Positions 21,613 through 33,880 of a DNA stretch of 64,000 bases are shown in pieces. Below the pieces are notes generated by a model, which saw only the letters and a list, made by a program, of their open reading frames with translations, had not been told where the DNA came from and made no database searches. Position numbers and translations under genes: made by a program. Numbering within the stretch: position 1 is the stretch's first letter; each line of letters opens with the position of its first letter. The stretch is from Elsinoe ampelina (lineage: Eukaryota): NCBI GenBank assembly GCA_010093995.1, contig ML992509.1, positions 41,588-105,587 of the forward strand. Direction: 5' to 3'.

Positions 21613-23592
21613 TCATAAGCTCTTGTACAGAGCCAGGGCCTTCTGTCGCCTCTCACTGTGCACGACGCATGGCTTTGGGTATCCGGCTCTTTCGGCTTCT
21701 TTCGCTGCCCCTCTCCCATAAGGATCATGGATCGCCTTCCCTTTGATGTTGCGCAGTTCCGGGATGAACTTTCTTAGATATTCACCAGAGTCGTCAAACT
21801 TCTCAGATTGTAGCAGTGGGTTGAAGATGCGGAAGTATGGCTGAGGATCAACTCCGACACTCGCAGAAAAGCCCCAGCCGCCGCTGTTGGATGCAGGGGA
21901 ATGGTCGATCAGGTGTTGAGCGAACCAATGTTCTCCATGGCGCCAGTCGATGAGCAAGTCCTTGGCCAGAAATGAGGCGACGATCATCCGGCATCGGTTG
22001 TGCATCCATCCCATCTCCTTCAGCTGCCGCATCGCTGCGTCGACGATTGGAAAGCCAGTTTTACCATCTATCCATTTCTGCCAGAGTTCGCCGTCAAAGG
22101 GCCAGTCGAGTTTGGACATTTCGAATTTGAATGGCTTTCCCATCCTGCAGAACACGTCAGTCTTGCTCCTCATCCATCTTGCGCTTACTTACACGACGAA
22201 CGGCCACCACGCCATTACGTGGACATAGAAGTCCCTCCATGCCACCTCGCTGATCCATGTCTTGATTCCCTCACTCCCAGCATCCACCTTTTTCGTCCCG
22301 CTCTTCTCCCTGGCAAGCCTGACAGCGGTACGAGCACTCAGCGTACCTGCCGCCAAGTGAGGACTGAGCTTGGTGGTTGTGTCCATTCCTGGCAGATTTC
22401 TCGTATCCTTGTACTTGTTGATCCTCGCCTCCAGAAACTTGTCCAACCTCGCCAACGCCTCATGCTCACCCGCCGGCCAAAGCTTCCCATACCTCTCCTT
22501 CTCTTCCTCATCCAAAGCAAACTCCTTCGGCGCCTCAGGCACTTCCATCCCAAACACCTTCTTGAATTTCTCCCTCGACCCCTCCGGGTTCCTCCCCGGC
22601 GCCGGACTCTCCTCCAACAACACCGGGTGCGCATTCACCCTCGCACACCAAGCCCTGAACCACGGCGAGTAAACGGCATACTGCTTCCCCTGCCCAGTCG
22701 CCAAAATCCCCGGGGGCACCACCGTATCATCATGCAAAACCTCCACACTCACCCCCTCCTCCACCCCCAGCCTCACCAACCTCTCCTCCCTCCTCAACTC
22801 ATCCACCTCATACTCCATATTACAAAACACATGCTTCGCACCATACCCCCTCACCACCTCCAACACCCTCCCCACCACCCCCTTCCTCATCTCCACAACC
22901 TCCACATGCAACGGAATATCCCTCCCCGCCAAATCCCCCCTCAACACCCCCACGGACCGCAGCTCGAAATCCACCCTCACCCTCCCCGTGCAATGCGCCT
23001 CGTAATCCTGGGGACTAACGAGGTACAACCCCACGAGCGGCACTTTGTTCTCGTCCGCCAACTTCCACGCCGCCGCGAGCGCCCGGTTGTCGTGCACCCG
23101 CAAGTCGCGCTTGAACCAGTGCACCACTGCCGCGCCGACGGGGATTTTCTGGCGGGCGGGCAGGGTCGAGTCGAGGGTTTTGCGCAGCGCGGTGATGGGC
23201 CGTGGGATGCGTCCGTCGATGTAGGCTTGGCAGCGCTCGTTCGACATTTCGGGGGGGTAGTACTTTGCTTGGCGGAAGGAGGGGGCCGAGGTCGTTGAGG
23301 AGGAGGAGGTGGCGGGCGAGGGGGAGGTGTGGTTCTTGACGGGGATGGAGCTGGTGGTGGGGGGCTTGGTTTCTGGCGGTGGTGAGGGGGAGGAGGATTC
23401 GTCTTTGACGACCCCTTTGCGTGGGCGGGCGGCTTTGGTGAAGGGGGTGGAGAGGGAGGGAGGTGGGGAGGTGGCTTTGCGTTTGATGGCCATTGTGGTG
23501 GTGGTGGTGGTGGTGCAGCGCAGTGGATGTGCAATTGATGCGCGCTGGAAAAGTATCGCAGAGGTGGATGTGCGCAAGGTGTGAAAGTGCAT
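21613..23592 (-). CDS. PHR1: Class I CPD DNA photolyase (2 exons)
   Basis: VHWFKRDLRVHDN, LSPHLAAG, WISEVAWRDFY, GKTGFPIVDAAMRQL, WMHNRCRM and PYFRIFNP motifs. Intron GTAAGT...CTGAC...CAG ~22145-22192. In-frame ATGs at 23592 and 23493. Confidence 0.93.
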
Positions 23593-24632
23593 GCGATGAG
23601 GAGGGAGAAGGGAGGAAGTGGTTGTCTGGACGTACTGTCGAGAGCTTGGGCGCGCTCAAAAGCAGTTCACCACCATCTGAGATCGTGGTGTGTGGGATCT
23701 CAAGATCGGCGCAGCGTCATCGGATTTGAGATGGAGATCGCGATGAACTTTGTTTGCGGAGAGATCTCCGGAAAGATGTTTGCACCATTTGCAGTCGAGG
23801 CGGCTTCTTCCACACGCAAGAGCTCCAAAATGGTTGAACAAAGTCGTGATTTTTATTGTGATAAAACGAGTAGCGCATAAATAGTCTACGTGTATAGGAT
23901 GAAGCAGGTCTTCGCGGATGTTCAAGACAGTCAATTCCTTATGGTCCCAAAATTTTTGGTCAGTTTGGAGAAGAATTGCCTCACTAATGCACTCGATCGC
24001 AGCCTGGGTCCAGACGAAGACAAGGTGAACGATAGGCACAAGACACGAGGCGCCAGCACTGGTGCTACGACCTTCGGCCGACTGCAAACCATGCCTGTCG
24101 CCTCGAAGCCGTCAACGGAACACATGTATCAGGGGTATCTGTTCCACTACCCGCGTCTCAACAGCAGCAGACTTTCAACCCTGACATGTATCAATCTTGC
24201 GGCAATGCCCTCATCAGCTTGTTAACGTGAGAAAACAAAGCATGAAGAGACTTTTGTCCACCATTCCTATCACTGAATTGTGTGTCTGAGACAAGGATAA
24301 GGAAAGGTAGAACTTGCCGCGCGTGTTGCTGAAGCAATCATGAAAAATCAAGAATGAAAGAAAGGAGAACAATGAGAAAGAGACAATCACAGGCTCCTCC
24401 GCATGGCTTGGCCTTCGCGCAGAGGGTACAGCCAGGCAATCGTGACGGGAAATCTTCTTGACGTAGAAAGTGTTGTTTCATTGACGCCGCCAGATGTCCA
24501 TACCACTGTACTCTCAACCAGGCTCTTCAATGCCCCATCGTCAACCAGCAGGGGCCACCCTCACTCCATTCCTCCCCCGGCTTGGCCCCGGCGTTGAAGT
24601 ATCCCACCGTGTCCCCATCACCATTCCTCTCT

Positions 24633-24991
24633 CTACCGGCTAGCGCTCCAAACCCCCTTCAGATACCCATCCCTCTGCGCCAACCTGTTGATGCAATCAT
24701 CGCTCTCCCCCATAGCCCTGACGAAGCCGCTGAGCGCGTAGACCTGGTTCTCGCCGGTGTAGCGGCCGTTCTCGTCCACCTTTGCGACGGAGATCTGGAC
24801 GGATGCGTGGTCCTTGGCTTTGATGATGCGGTTGGTGGCGGAGCACTTGCGAGGGACGTAGCTGTTGGTCTGTTAGTGTGGTGTCGGGTAGAGAGGTTTG
24901 TTGCGGTAGGTGGAGGTGACGGAGGGGGGGGTTCGCTGGGAGGGTCAAGGCAGACGTACAGGTCGACGAGTTCACCGCGTTCGTTCTCCAT
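24633..24991 (-). CDS. RPS21: 40S ribosomal protein S21 (eS21), 2 exons
   Basis: Spliced product [86 protein letters not shown]; intron GTACGT...CTAAC...CAG. Confidence 0.96.
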
Positions 24992-26062
24992 GGCTGCGGA
25001 TGTGTGTGGATGTGGATTTGAGAGGTGGAAAGATCGCGAATAGGTGCTTGTCGTCGTCGCTGTCGGCCGATTCAATGGCAGACAAAGTCAGGTCGAAAAA
25101 CTCGGCGAAACCAATTCTCCGTTGTGCTTGGCGGAGATTCTGCCAGTATTCGCAGACCGCCTCCGCCGAGAGCTATAAGTTTTCGTCTGCCCGGCCACTT
25201 CACCTCTTTCTTTCCCATGGCGGCCGTAGGCATCTATCTAAAATTGACCTTGCCTTTTACCAGGCCAATCAGGGTACCTCGGCACCTCGCCATTATTCAA
25301 TCTTTGGAACCAATAGTGGTGACCTCGTCACTGCGAATACCTTTTTGCCTCGATGTGTCCTGAGCAGGCCATCTGGAGCTGTCTGCGCTTCAATGCGCGC
25401 GGTGGAGGTTCGATACCTTCGAGAGGCCTGCTTTTTATGTAGCTTTGTGGTCGGGTGTGCGGCGGAGGAAGAAGAGCTGGGAACACGCTGTCATTCGGCA
25501 CTTGCTGGAGGATATTGAAAACTCTTGCGTGGAATCATAAGGTATATTGTTGAGACGGTGGACCAGAATGAAAATATTTCACACGCCAATCTCTGTTTCC
25601 TCGCACTCTTCTCCTGATTCTGTGATCCTCATCGAGTAAAACATGCTGTATTCCTTCAGGCGTGCACTTGTCGGTGCCTTAATGTCATGAAATATCTCGA
25701 GCTAAAGTCATGGGTGTGTAAACTTGTGATCGTGCCAGCTCCTCACTTCGCGATCATGGCCGTATCTAGCTACGGAGCATGTATCCTGTCTCCCATGGTC
25801 CGTCACTCCACTCACATATGCTCAGACAGAAGTTTGAAAAGATCTCATTACCCTCCCCCTGTACAACCCCCTTCTCACTACCTAATCCTCATAAGCACTA
25901 AATGACTCCAAGACATGCCCAGCTTAACGGCGCATTAACCATCTCGCATGATTTCTGATTTCTTTCTTCAAATCCGCAGTCAACATTTTTTTTTCGCAAA
26001 AATGGTATTCCAGAAAAAGCAACGAACAGTCTCCTCACTCCCTCATCCTCTCGAGGGGACGT

Positions 26063-27509
26063 TTAGATCATCATCGCCGCCCCGAGGAACGCGACGAGCG
26101 CCACAAGGCTGCCGGCCACGACCCTGCTGCCCTCGCCCGTGCTGCCCGATGATCCCGTCGTGCCCTGGCTGAAGCCGCCTGAGCCGGTGTTCCCTGAGCT
26201 ACCGCTCGAGCTTGAAGTGCCCGACGAGCTAGACCCCGAGGACGAGCCAGTGCTCGACCCTGTGCTGTCTGAGCTGGACCCGTCGGCGGCGACGTTGCCG
26301 CCCGAGTTGCTCTGGGCGTCGTTGGAGAAAGAGCCAGCACCGACCATACCGGGAACGGTGTTGTCGTTGTTGACGGTTGGCTTGGGGCCGGAGGAGGAAG
26401 TGGAGGTACCGGATGGTTTGGCGTTGGGGTTGTATTGCTGGTTGTTACCATTGGCTTGGAAGGAGGCGAGGACGGAGTTGTCGTTGGTGAGTTGGATGGT
26501 GTCTTGGGTGCCGGCTTCTGAGGTGTACTTGTAGACACTGCCGGAGCCGGAGCCGGATGGGGCATCGTAGCAGTCGATGGACTAGGGAGGTATGTTAGAA
26601 GGGTTCTGAGAATAGAAGGGTATGGTGACTTACCACATCCTTGATCATGGCGTAGTAGTAGCCGTTCTCCATGTAAGGCGAGTCCCAGTCGACGAGCCCA
26701 CCAGCCCAGTTGATAGTACCCTCACCGTTCTGGGGTAGACCTGCGGGCCAGAGGGAGAATTGGACACGTGCGGGAGACTGAGGGTAGTGGTAGCTTTTGC
26801 TGGTATCGTTGTATGTGTCCGACTTCTTCAATGTCCTCCTCACTTGGCCATCGATGGACCAGTCAATCTGATCAGGCGACCAGGTAATCTCGTATCTGTG
26901 GGAGTTCTCGACGGTGTTTGACACGGACAGGTTCTGGCCGTTCTGGTAGTTAGTGATACCCTGGAAGTAATAGTTGGACTGGGCGTTTCCGAGATCGACA
27001 CCGACCCATTCGTAATCGATTTCGTCCTTGACATCGCTCATGAGAATGAATGCTGTGACGACACCCTGGCCTTGAGAAGTGGTGATGGTGGCGCCGACCT
27101 TGCCGTACCACATGTAGTGTGTGCTGGAAAGGAGAGTACCGACAGTATTGGGTGCCATGGTCAAGAGCATGGCCTGGTTCTGATAAACAGCGGGCGAGCC
27201 GGAGCTGACCCAGTTGGCCTTGGACGCATCTCCGAGGTAAACAGTGTTTGGCGAGACATCGTTCAGCGTGTTGAGCGCAAAATCACCGCTCTTGCAGACA
27301 GGTGCTGGCATGCAGGACTGGAGGTTGAAAGAGGACTTGGGATCGCATCCACCCAAGCAGTACGCTCCAGTGCCACAGTTGCCGTAAGACGAGCAGCATG
27401 GTGAGTCGGCCGGGCACTTGCTGCCAGGACTGCACTTTTGCTGCGAGCTCTGTGCCACAGCGACAGTGGCAGCCGCCAGAGCAAAGGCGGCGGTGCGAAG
27501 GACGACCAT
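26063..27509 (-). CDS. GH16 CRH-family chitin transglycosylase (Utr2/Crh2-like), GPI-anchored, 2 exons
   Basis: Signal peptide, Cys-rich chitin-binding module (CCSSYGNCGTGAYCLGGC), catalytic DEIDYEW, Ser-rich tail and hydrophobic C-terminus. Intron near 26582-26633. Confidence 0.92.
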
Positions 27510-28754
27510 TGTGGAGTTCTTGTGTAACTGATGCAATCGAGCGGGTACCGAGGATATGGTTTAATGTGTCTAGGGTTGAAGATGAATGGCGCGCGTGTCC
27601 GGGAGCGAGTGACTGGGCACAAGTGTGGTGTTGTGTAACGGGGCACGAGCGAGCGTGGAGGACGTTGATATTACAATAGATAAAAAGGGATAAATAGAAG
27701 CACCCAAGGGCGAATAGTGAAGAGTCGATGCAGACGAATGAGAGGGAGGAAGAGATGAATAATTAAGCGGGTGTTTTGGGGAGAGGAGGAGGTGTCTGGC
27801 AGTCTCAGTCTCACTGCGAGCCAAAGGAAGCCAGGGGAAAATCAAACAGGCCCGGCGCCGATCTCCCATTCTCCCAGGCTCTGACTCTGGTGACAACAGG
27901 CCAAAATACGAATGCTTATTAGTCTCGGCCGCCCGCGCCAGAAATGCCCTGCGTCCAATCCCAGCTCTCCGTTTCAGATCCGAGCAATTAAAACACGCGC
28001 GGCGCAAGAAGATCTGTCCACCCTTTACGGCAGCTGCTCATCCGACACAAAATCTCGACAGAGGATACGATCTGGAATGGTCATCTGCGTGCAATCCGTG
28101 TTCTGACGTGTAGAAGAACCCTATGCTACACCACGGATGGCTTTGCCGTGAAGACTCGATGATTTGGTACGGTGCTGCGACGAGCCAACCCACCAGATGA
28201 AAGAAAAAGTCAACAAGGCCATCCTTCCACTTCTTCGGGCCTGACAAGAACCAAATGTCCCAGCCATTTCCGTTCCCATGCCGAGTCGTTCCACCTACTT
28301 TTAGAACTCAACGTCGCATCAAAGAGAAACATCCATGGGATCAATACGATCTGATTATCGGTTTTCTACACGTCACTCTTCGTGTCGAATCACAAAAACT
28401 ATGCACGAACTTCGTGAGGGTCCCGTAGTCGACTCCGTCGTGCATACCCGTGCACCCCGGCCCCATCCAACCAGAAAACCATGGAAAGAACCCACCTCCC
28501 AGTCGTGAACCATAACCAAACCCATTCCCGCAACCCCAGCCAAACCCTCAGCCTCACTCGACCCAAACACATCGAAGCTCGTCCTGTGGGGAGAAGACAA
28601 CATGGACTGTAAAAGATTGAGACTCGGAGCTCAGATGCTTGCGCCTCATTCAACGGCTTCTCCGCAAACTCTCAACGGCGCTGATGTAAAGTCATCTCCC
28701 CGGTAGAGGTCATTATTCCAGAGATCAACAAGGCAGGAGCACGTGACGCTGCTG

Positions 28755-31700
28755 TCAGTGTTGACGAACATGTGACTCCGGATAACAGCCATGACAAAGT
28801 CCAAACGCCGAACCAGGTACACCGATGTGCTCGACAGCACATGAGATATCGTAGTTGCCACAAGGCGAGTAGTTACTGGTCAGACCGAAACCGTGCGGAT
28901 CGTTGCTCGAGTGCGCAGGGCTGCTTTCTGGGCCGGTTTGATTGTGTTGCGTGGTTGAGAACCCTGACCCAGCCACTGAAGAATAGGCCGGAGGTTGCTC
29001 AACACCCTGAGCATTACGAAAGTTGACCGGTGAACGAGGGTCCTTCTCTGCAGCAGGTCTACTGCCAGTAAAAGCAATCTCTTTCCCGTCTCCTCCATGC
29101 CACCCATACCACCATCCTGGCTGCGCTGATCCGATCGTCCAGCCACCGGGAACAGATCCATCTGATGTAGGCAATGGCGCTCTACCGAGATGGCGGGGAA
29201 CCTGCCTCACAGCTCTGCGTGCTCCGTAGTGGGACTTCTTGTAGATGACGTTGCCCTGAGGGTCCATCTTGACCTGTGGCTGCGGTACAGGACTCCAGGC
29301 GCCTGTCAAGGGCGTGCGACTATCAGGTTCTTGTCCTGAAGCAGCTACCATCCTTTCACGGAAGAGACGCCGCTCGTTCATAATGAGGTTCTGTTCCTCT
29401 GTCGTGAGTCTTATCCATTCCAGATCCGGCCAGTATCTAGTGATGTCGTGAGCGGAGAATCCATGGGACTCGTAGGTCGGAGGAGCTGGAGACAAGGTCG
29501 TACAGACGTTCTCATTCTGTGCCGGCTCCTGAGTTGCGGGTGCCGCTGTCGGAACAAAGGTAGGGGCATCCCCACGGAGGCTTGTGCGAATCATGGTGGC
29601 TTGCGATATGGTTCGCCCAGGGCTGATGTGCCAGGTTTGTTGCGAGGCGATAGTGGTTTTCGCCGGTGCCATTGAGTAGTGCCCAGAAGAGTTGCTGATG
29701 TCCCGTAGTACCAGTGGCGGCTGGTCATGACTGCCTCCCTGTGGCGAGATTGCAGCTTGAAATTCCTGAGATGTTAGGCGGTGGTGGATGGGATGTGCTT
29801 CGGCCCCGTTGCGCGGCTGGCCCGTGGGGGGAACATGTTGATGTGTGAGCTCTGTGGAAGTTCCGGCTCTTGGAATAGGTTCAAGTCGGGAGGATTGAAG
29901 GTAGTGCCGGGATTGTGTTGGTTGGTGCTGGTCTGCAAGATCCAGCAGAGACGCCGGCTTCGCCCGACCTGTTATGGATGATGTATCGAGGTGTAGAAGG
30001 CCGGGCCGCTTCTTCGAGGCCGTCGGTCGAGGTAAGCGCGACGGCGATGGGGTCCTGGTGACATCAACCGGCGTGTTCCCATGCTGGGTCCTGATGGCAT
30101 CAATCGGCGTGTTTCCATGCTGGCCACTTTTGACGATGGCTTGATTTCCAACCTGCCATCGCTGATCATGCTGCCTGTCATCCTGCCCTTCCATCTTCTG
30201 AGAGATCTGGCTGTACGAAGCAGAATAGTCCTCAGTGCTGGGCTTCAGCGTTGTGTCCTCGCCCGTGGCAGGTTCAGGAGCGCTCTTCTTCGACTCGGGT
30301 GGTGCAGCGGTGCCAGTCTTCTGCTGAGTCGGAGGACGTGTTGGCTTTGTCATGGCGTGCTTCGGAGAAGGACTCGGCTTCTTGGTTGAGCGTTGAGACA
30401 CCGAGGGTGGTGCAATGCGATTACGCGTTTGGTTGTCAGCGAGAGTGGCTCGCTTTTTGGAAGACAGGGTAGCACCAGCGTAACCTTCAGCCTTTGGCGG
30501 GCTGCTCTTGACCACCGCATGCTTGGTGGTACGAGTTGGCGGCAGGACTGGTGGTGAAAAGGCGACCTGTTCGCGCTTGCTGTCGACAAGAAATGGGGCC
30601 TTGCTGGTTGACTTACGCAGAGTAGCACTAGGACTGCTAGCAAGCATCCAGCTCTCCGGGAGACTAGCCCGTCGTTGACGATCACCAGGTCTGGTAGCCG
30701 TGAAGTACTGCGGTGGATGTGCTTTTGATTGCTGCTTAGGAGAGCCTGTCTTTGCCATTACTGGAGCGTCAGGCCTTTTACCTTGCTTCGAGTATGCTGC
30801 CTTGCCCGGCGCAGCAGATACCTCCTTCCGGGTTGACATGCCATCGTGCTTGAGATTTGCCGTGGAGGACGTGGATGCGACTACCTTGGCATATGATGGT
30901 CGTCGTGCGTTGCATTGTTCTTGGACCTTACTGCCCACTGCATGGACTTGATCATCTTGCAATCCTGGGAAGTTGGACTTGTCGAGCTTGTTGGGGCTGC
31001 GTTGTCCATCAGACTTGCCTTGCATAAAGGCAATCCTATCATTCAACTCGTGCAAGCGTTGCAGATCGGCGGCAGAGGATGGTTCGGAGATACCCATGGC
31101 TTGCTTTCGCTGTTTCAGAAGGCAGACTTCCTGTCGTAAAGATTCGATGTCGGCTTTGATGAGGTCGAAGCTATCCCTGGCAGAGTTGGCATCGTCATCA
31201 TCGCCGTCAATACTGCTCGTCGATGGTGCTGTCATGTTGGCTGGGATTACTGGCGACCGTGGTGTATATCGTGGCAGTTTGGGCCTTGAAGCAGACCATC
31301 TGCGACGGTCAGTGTCTCTTCACATGATCGATCTTGTACGAAGCGTACCTTGTTGTGGACGATGCGTTCCACATCGGTATCGGAGCCATCGTATAGTCAG
31401 AATCGTAGTCCCCGAGCTGCGTACGATTACGCTCCGGTTGCGATCCTGGCAGATGTGGCTGTTGTGGAGTGCTCCCAGCAGACGGGTCAAGATCAGACAA
31501 GGCGGATCGAATTTGTGCTGCAAAGTGGTCGTTGGTGCTGAATGGAGCTATTCCTACTGACTGCCCCTGTGGTAACGATACGTTATCTATGCTTGCGGTA
31601 TACTGATGCGTTTGTTGATTTGTACGATGAGATGTGGATCGATCTGTCGCACGAGGTGGATTCAGCGTCGCGCCTCGAAGTGGTTGGTAGCGCTTTCCTG

Positions 31701-31854
31701 ATGAAGTGCTATCGGTACGATGGTGCCTTTCACTGGCTGGCTGCGGATCGTGCGCCTGTCCTTTTGGAAGAGTACCTTGCTTGTCGCATAGCTGAAATAG
31801 TAATAGTTCCGAATGGTGGCACTGCGAATAGTAATGGTACTGATACCTGCACAT
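28755..31854 (-). CDS. Large (~1000 aa), mostly disordered hypothetical protein
   Basis: The 826-aa ORF joins in frame, via intron GTACGC...CTGAC...CAG (~31300-31347), to an upstream exon starting MCRYQYHYYSQCHH at 31854. Confidence 0.7.
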
Positions 31855-32142
31855 GATGCGCAAATAGTCAATGCGACTGGTCTGTAGATGTAGGAGGGTG
31901 ATTGCGCGGCGGGTGGTTTGGGATGGCAACGAGCTTTGCCGCCCCGCCACTATCAGATCCGCACTCACGAGATGATCTTCACATGTGAAGAATTTTATAC
32001 CTACTGGCACTTATACCGAATGCCTTCCGACGCTAACATCCTCCTACTAGTTCCTTTTTGAGACTGCTGTGCTCGAAATTCACCTTCATCGAGAAGCCTC
32101 CTGTAAGCGATTGGCGAGAACCTCAGATTGGGACATCACATC

Positions 32143-33655
32143 TCAAAACTTCCTCTTCTTCTTGATTCCACCAACAGGCTTGCTTTCTATCGAGCGTTTC
32201 AATTCTTCCCGCCTCCGATTGGCCCGCTCTTCGGAGGTCTCGCGCTGGGCTGGGGCCTCTGGTTCTGCCGCTGTCATCGTCCGTCCCCTATTCTCTTGAG
32301 CTGGGGGTGTCGGGCTCTGAATACGGCGAGCTGCGGGTATTTCTGATACGGAGGCTGCACCAGCATCTAGAGTCGGCGTGATGGATGTAGGTACTGAGGC
32401 TTGTGATGTTTTGTTGCGGCGACCACCTATTGTGCCTAGCTTAGGCTTCTTTGTCGCGACCGGGGCATCACTGACCGGAAGCCCATCGTCTGCTTTCTCC
32501 TCTGCCGGTGTTGAGATGGCGGATTCCACATGCGTAGCCTGGTCATTGGCTGCCTTTCGCCCAATAATGCCAATCCGAGCTTTCGGCTTCCGCTCAGGTT
32601 GAGCACTGTCCGAGAGGCGAGCTTTAGCTGGCCAAGATGACCGCTTACACTCCACCGGTTCTGACGATTGATGTATCTGTGAGCGTACTGGACCGGCTTG
32701 GTCGTCCGACGCTGTTGTCGGGAGCTTTTGTACCTGTGAAGGATCAGTCCAGCCAAGATCAACCATAAAGGGACCGTACTTGGAACTCGTCGTCATCCGT
32801 TTCCGACGCAGTTGCATCACCGTCGCCATGTCCTGTGCCTCTCCCTGACTTGTGATTGGTCTCAGGACTGGTGCGCACCTGGCCATTCGAGAAAGAAGCA
32901 TTCGGACTGCCTATCTGGTCGAGCAGTTTTCGAACAGAGCTAGCGGCATGTCCATCTGTTGTCGCCAAAAGAGCCGCCAGGCTGGCACAATCTTGAATAT
33001 CATGCTGTGGAGTGTGCCAACTTTCCTGCTCGAACGGTTGCAGGCCCTTCACATGTCGTGCAATCTGATCGCGCTGTGATGTTTTTGAAGATAGTCGCAA
33101 ATTCGAGATGCCAGGGAAGACCGTCGTCAGGTCAATATTCATAGATTCCAGCCTGTCTAGCAGCTTCTTGATGATGTTGTCCTTGCTGCTAATGACATCA
33201 TGTAAATCCGCCACGTCTTGGTTCCTACGATGGAGCTGCTGGATCAGTCCGGAAGTCACGTTGTCAAGGAGTGATTCTGGACCCTTCGGAAGAAGCGTAC
33301 ACTGCCATTTGAGCTCAGGTAGAGGTGACGGAAGCGGAGCCTGAAGGTCGAGTATCACAGCATCATCCCTACCACGCCGGTGAAATGACACAGTGGCGCC
33401 GCCTTCGCCCCTGATAGCCTTGGCAAGCTTCTCGAGTAATATTTTCTGCTGACTCTCATCCTCACTTGCATCTATAGGACAGTGCGTGTCGCCAGCGCGT
33501 GTCAATATAGCATCACGGTCAAGGCGTTCTTCCCATACCTCTCGGAGGTCGGTCAGGAACACTTGATAGCCGGTAACCTCGAAGGCATACTTGATAAGAA
33601 ACCCATCAGTCGGCCCAGTCGCCGATAGTGGCCGCCAGGACGACGAATAAGCCAT
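32143..33655 (-). CDS. NEJ1: XLF/Cernunnos (Nej1-like) non-homologous end-joining factor, 2 exons
   Basis: N-terminal XLF head (W.PL...FLTDLREVWEERLD...IDASED...LP.PL..LKW) followed by a coiled coil, with a basic C-terminus ending KKKRKF typical of the XLF Ku-binding motif. Intron ~32735-32779. Confidence 0.82.
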
Positions 33656-33880
33656 TCGATTTACGGTGTCACGGATGAGCACAAGCGGAGTTTCGTGGAC
33701 TCGAGGTGAACTGAAGGTGAAGCTGAATGCACACGCTAGCCGCTTTCGGCGGAAACAGTGCTGCTTCACGGATCAGGGAAATTTCATGACCGTTCCTCGG
33801 CACCATCACACACCACACTTCAACCCATATCGCCGGACGCGTCGCATTACGATCTAGATTCCTAGTACTGGTCTCACACA

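Noticed and set aside
22000..23298. 432-aa plus-strand ORF
   Set aside because: Antisense shadow of the photolyase caused by codon bias.
23581..24225. Two same-frame ORFs separated by one stop (possible pseudogene or readthrough)
   Set aside because: No recognisable homology; cannot be distinguished from intergenic chance.
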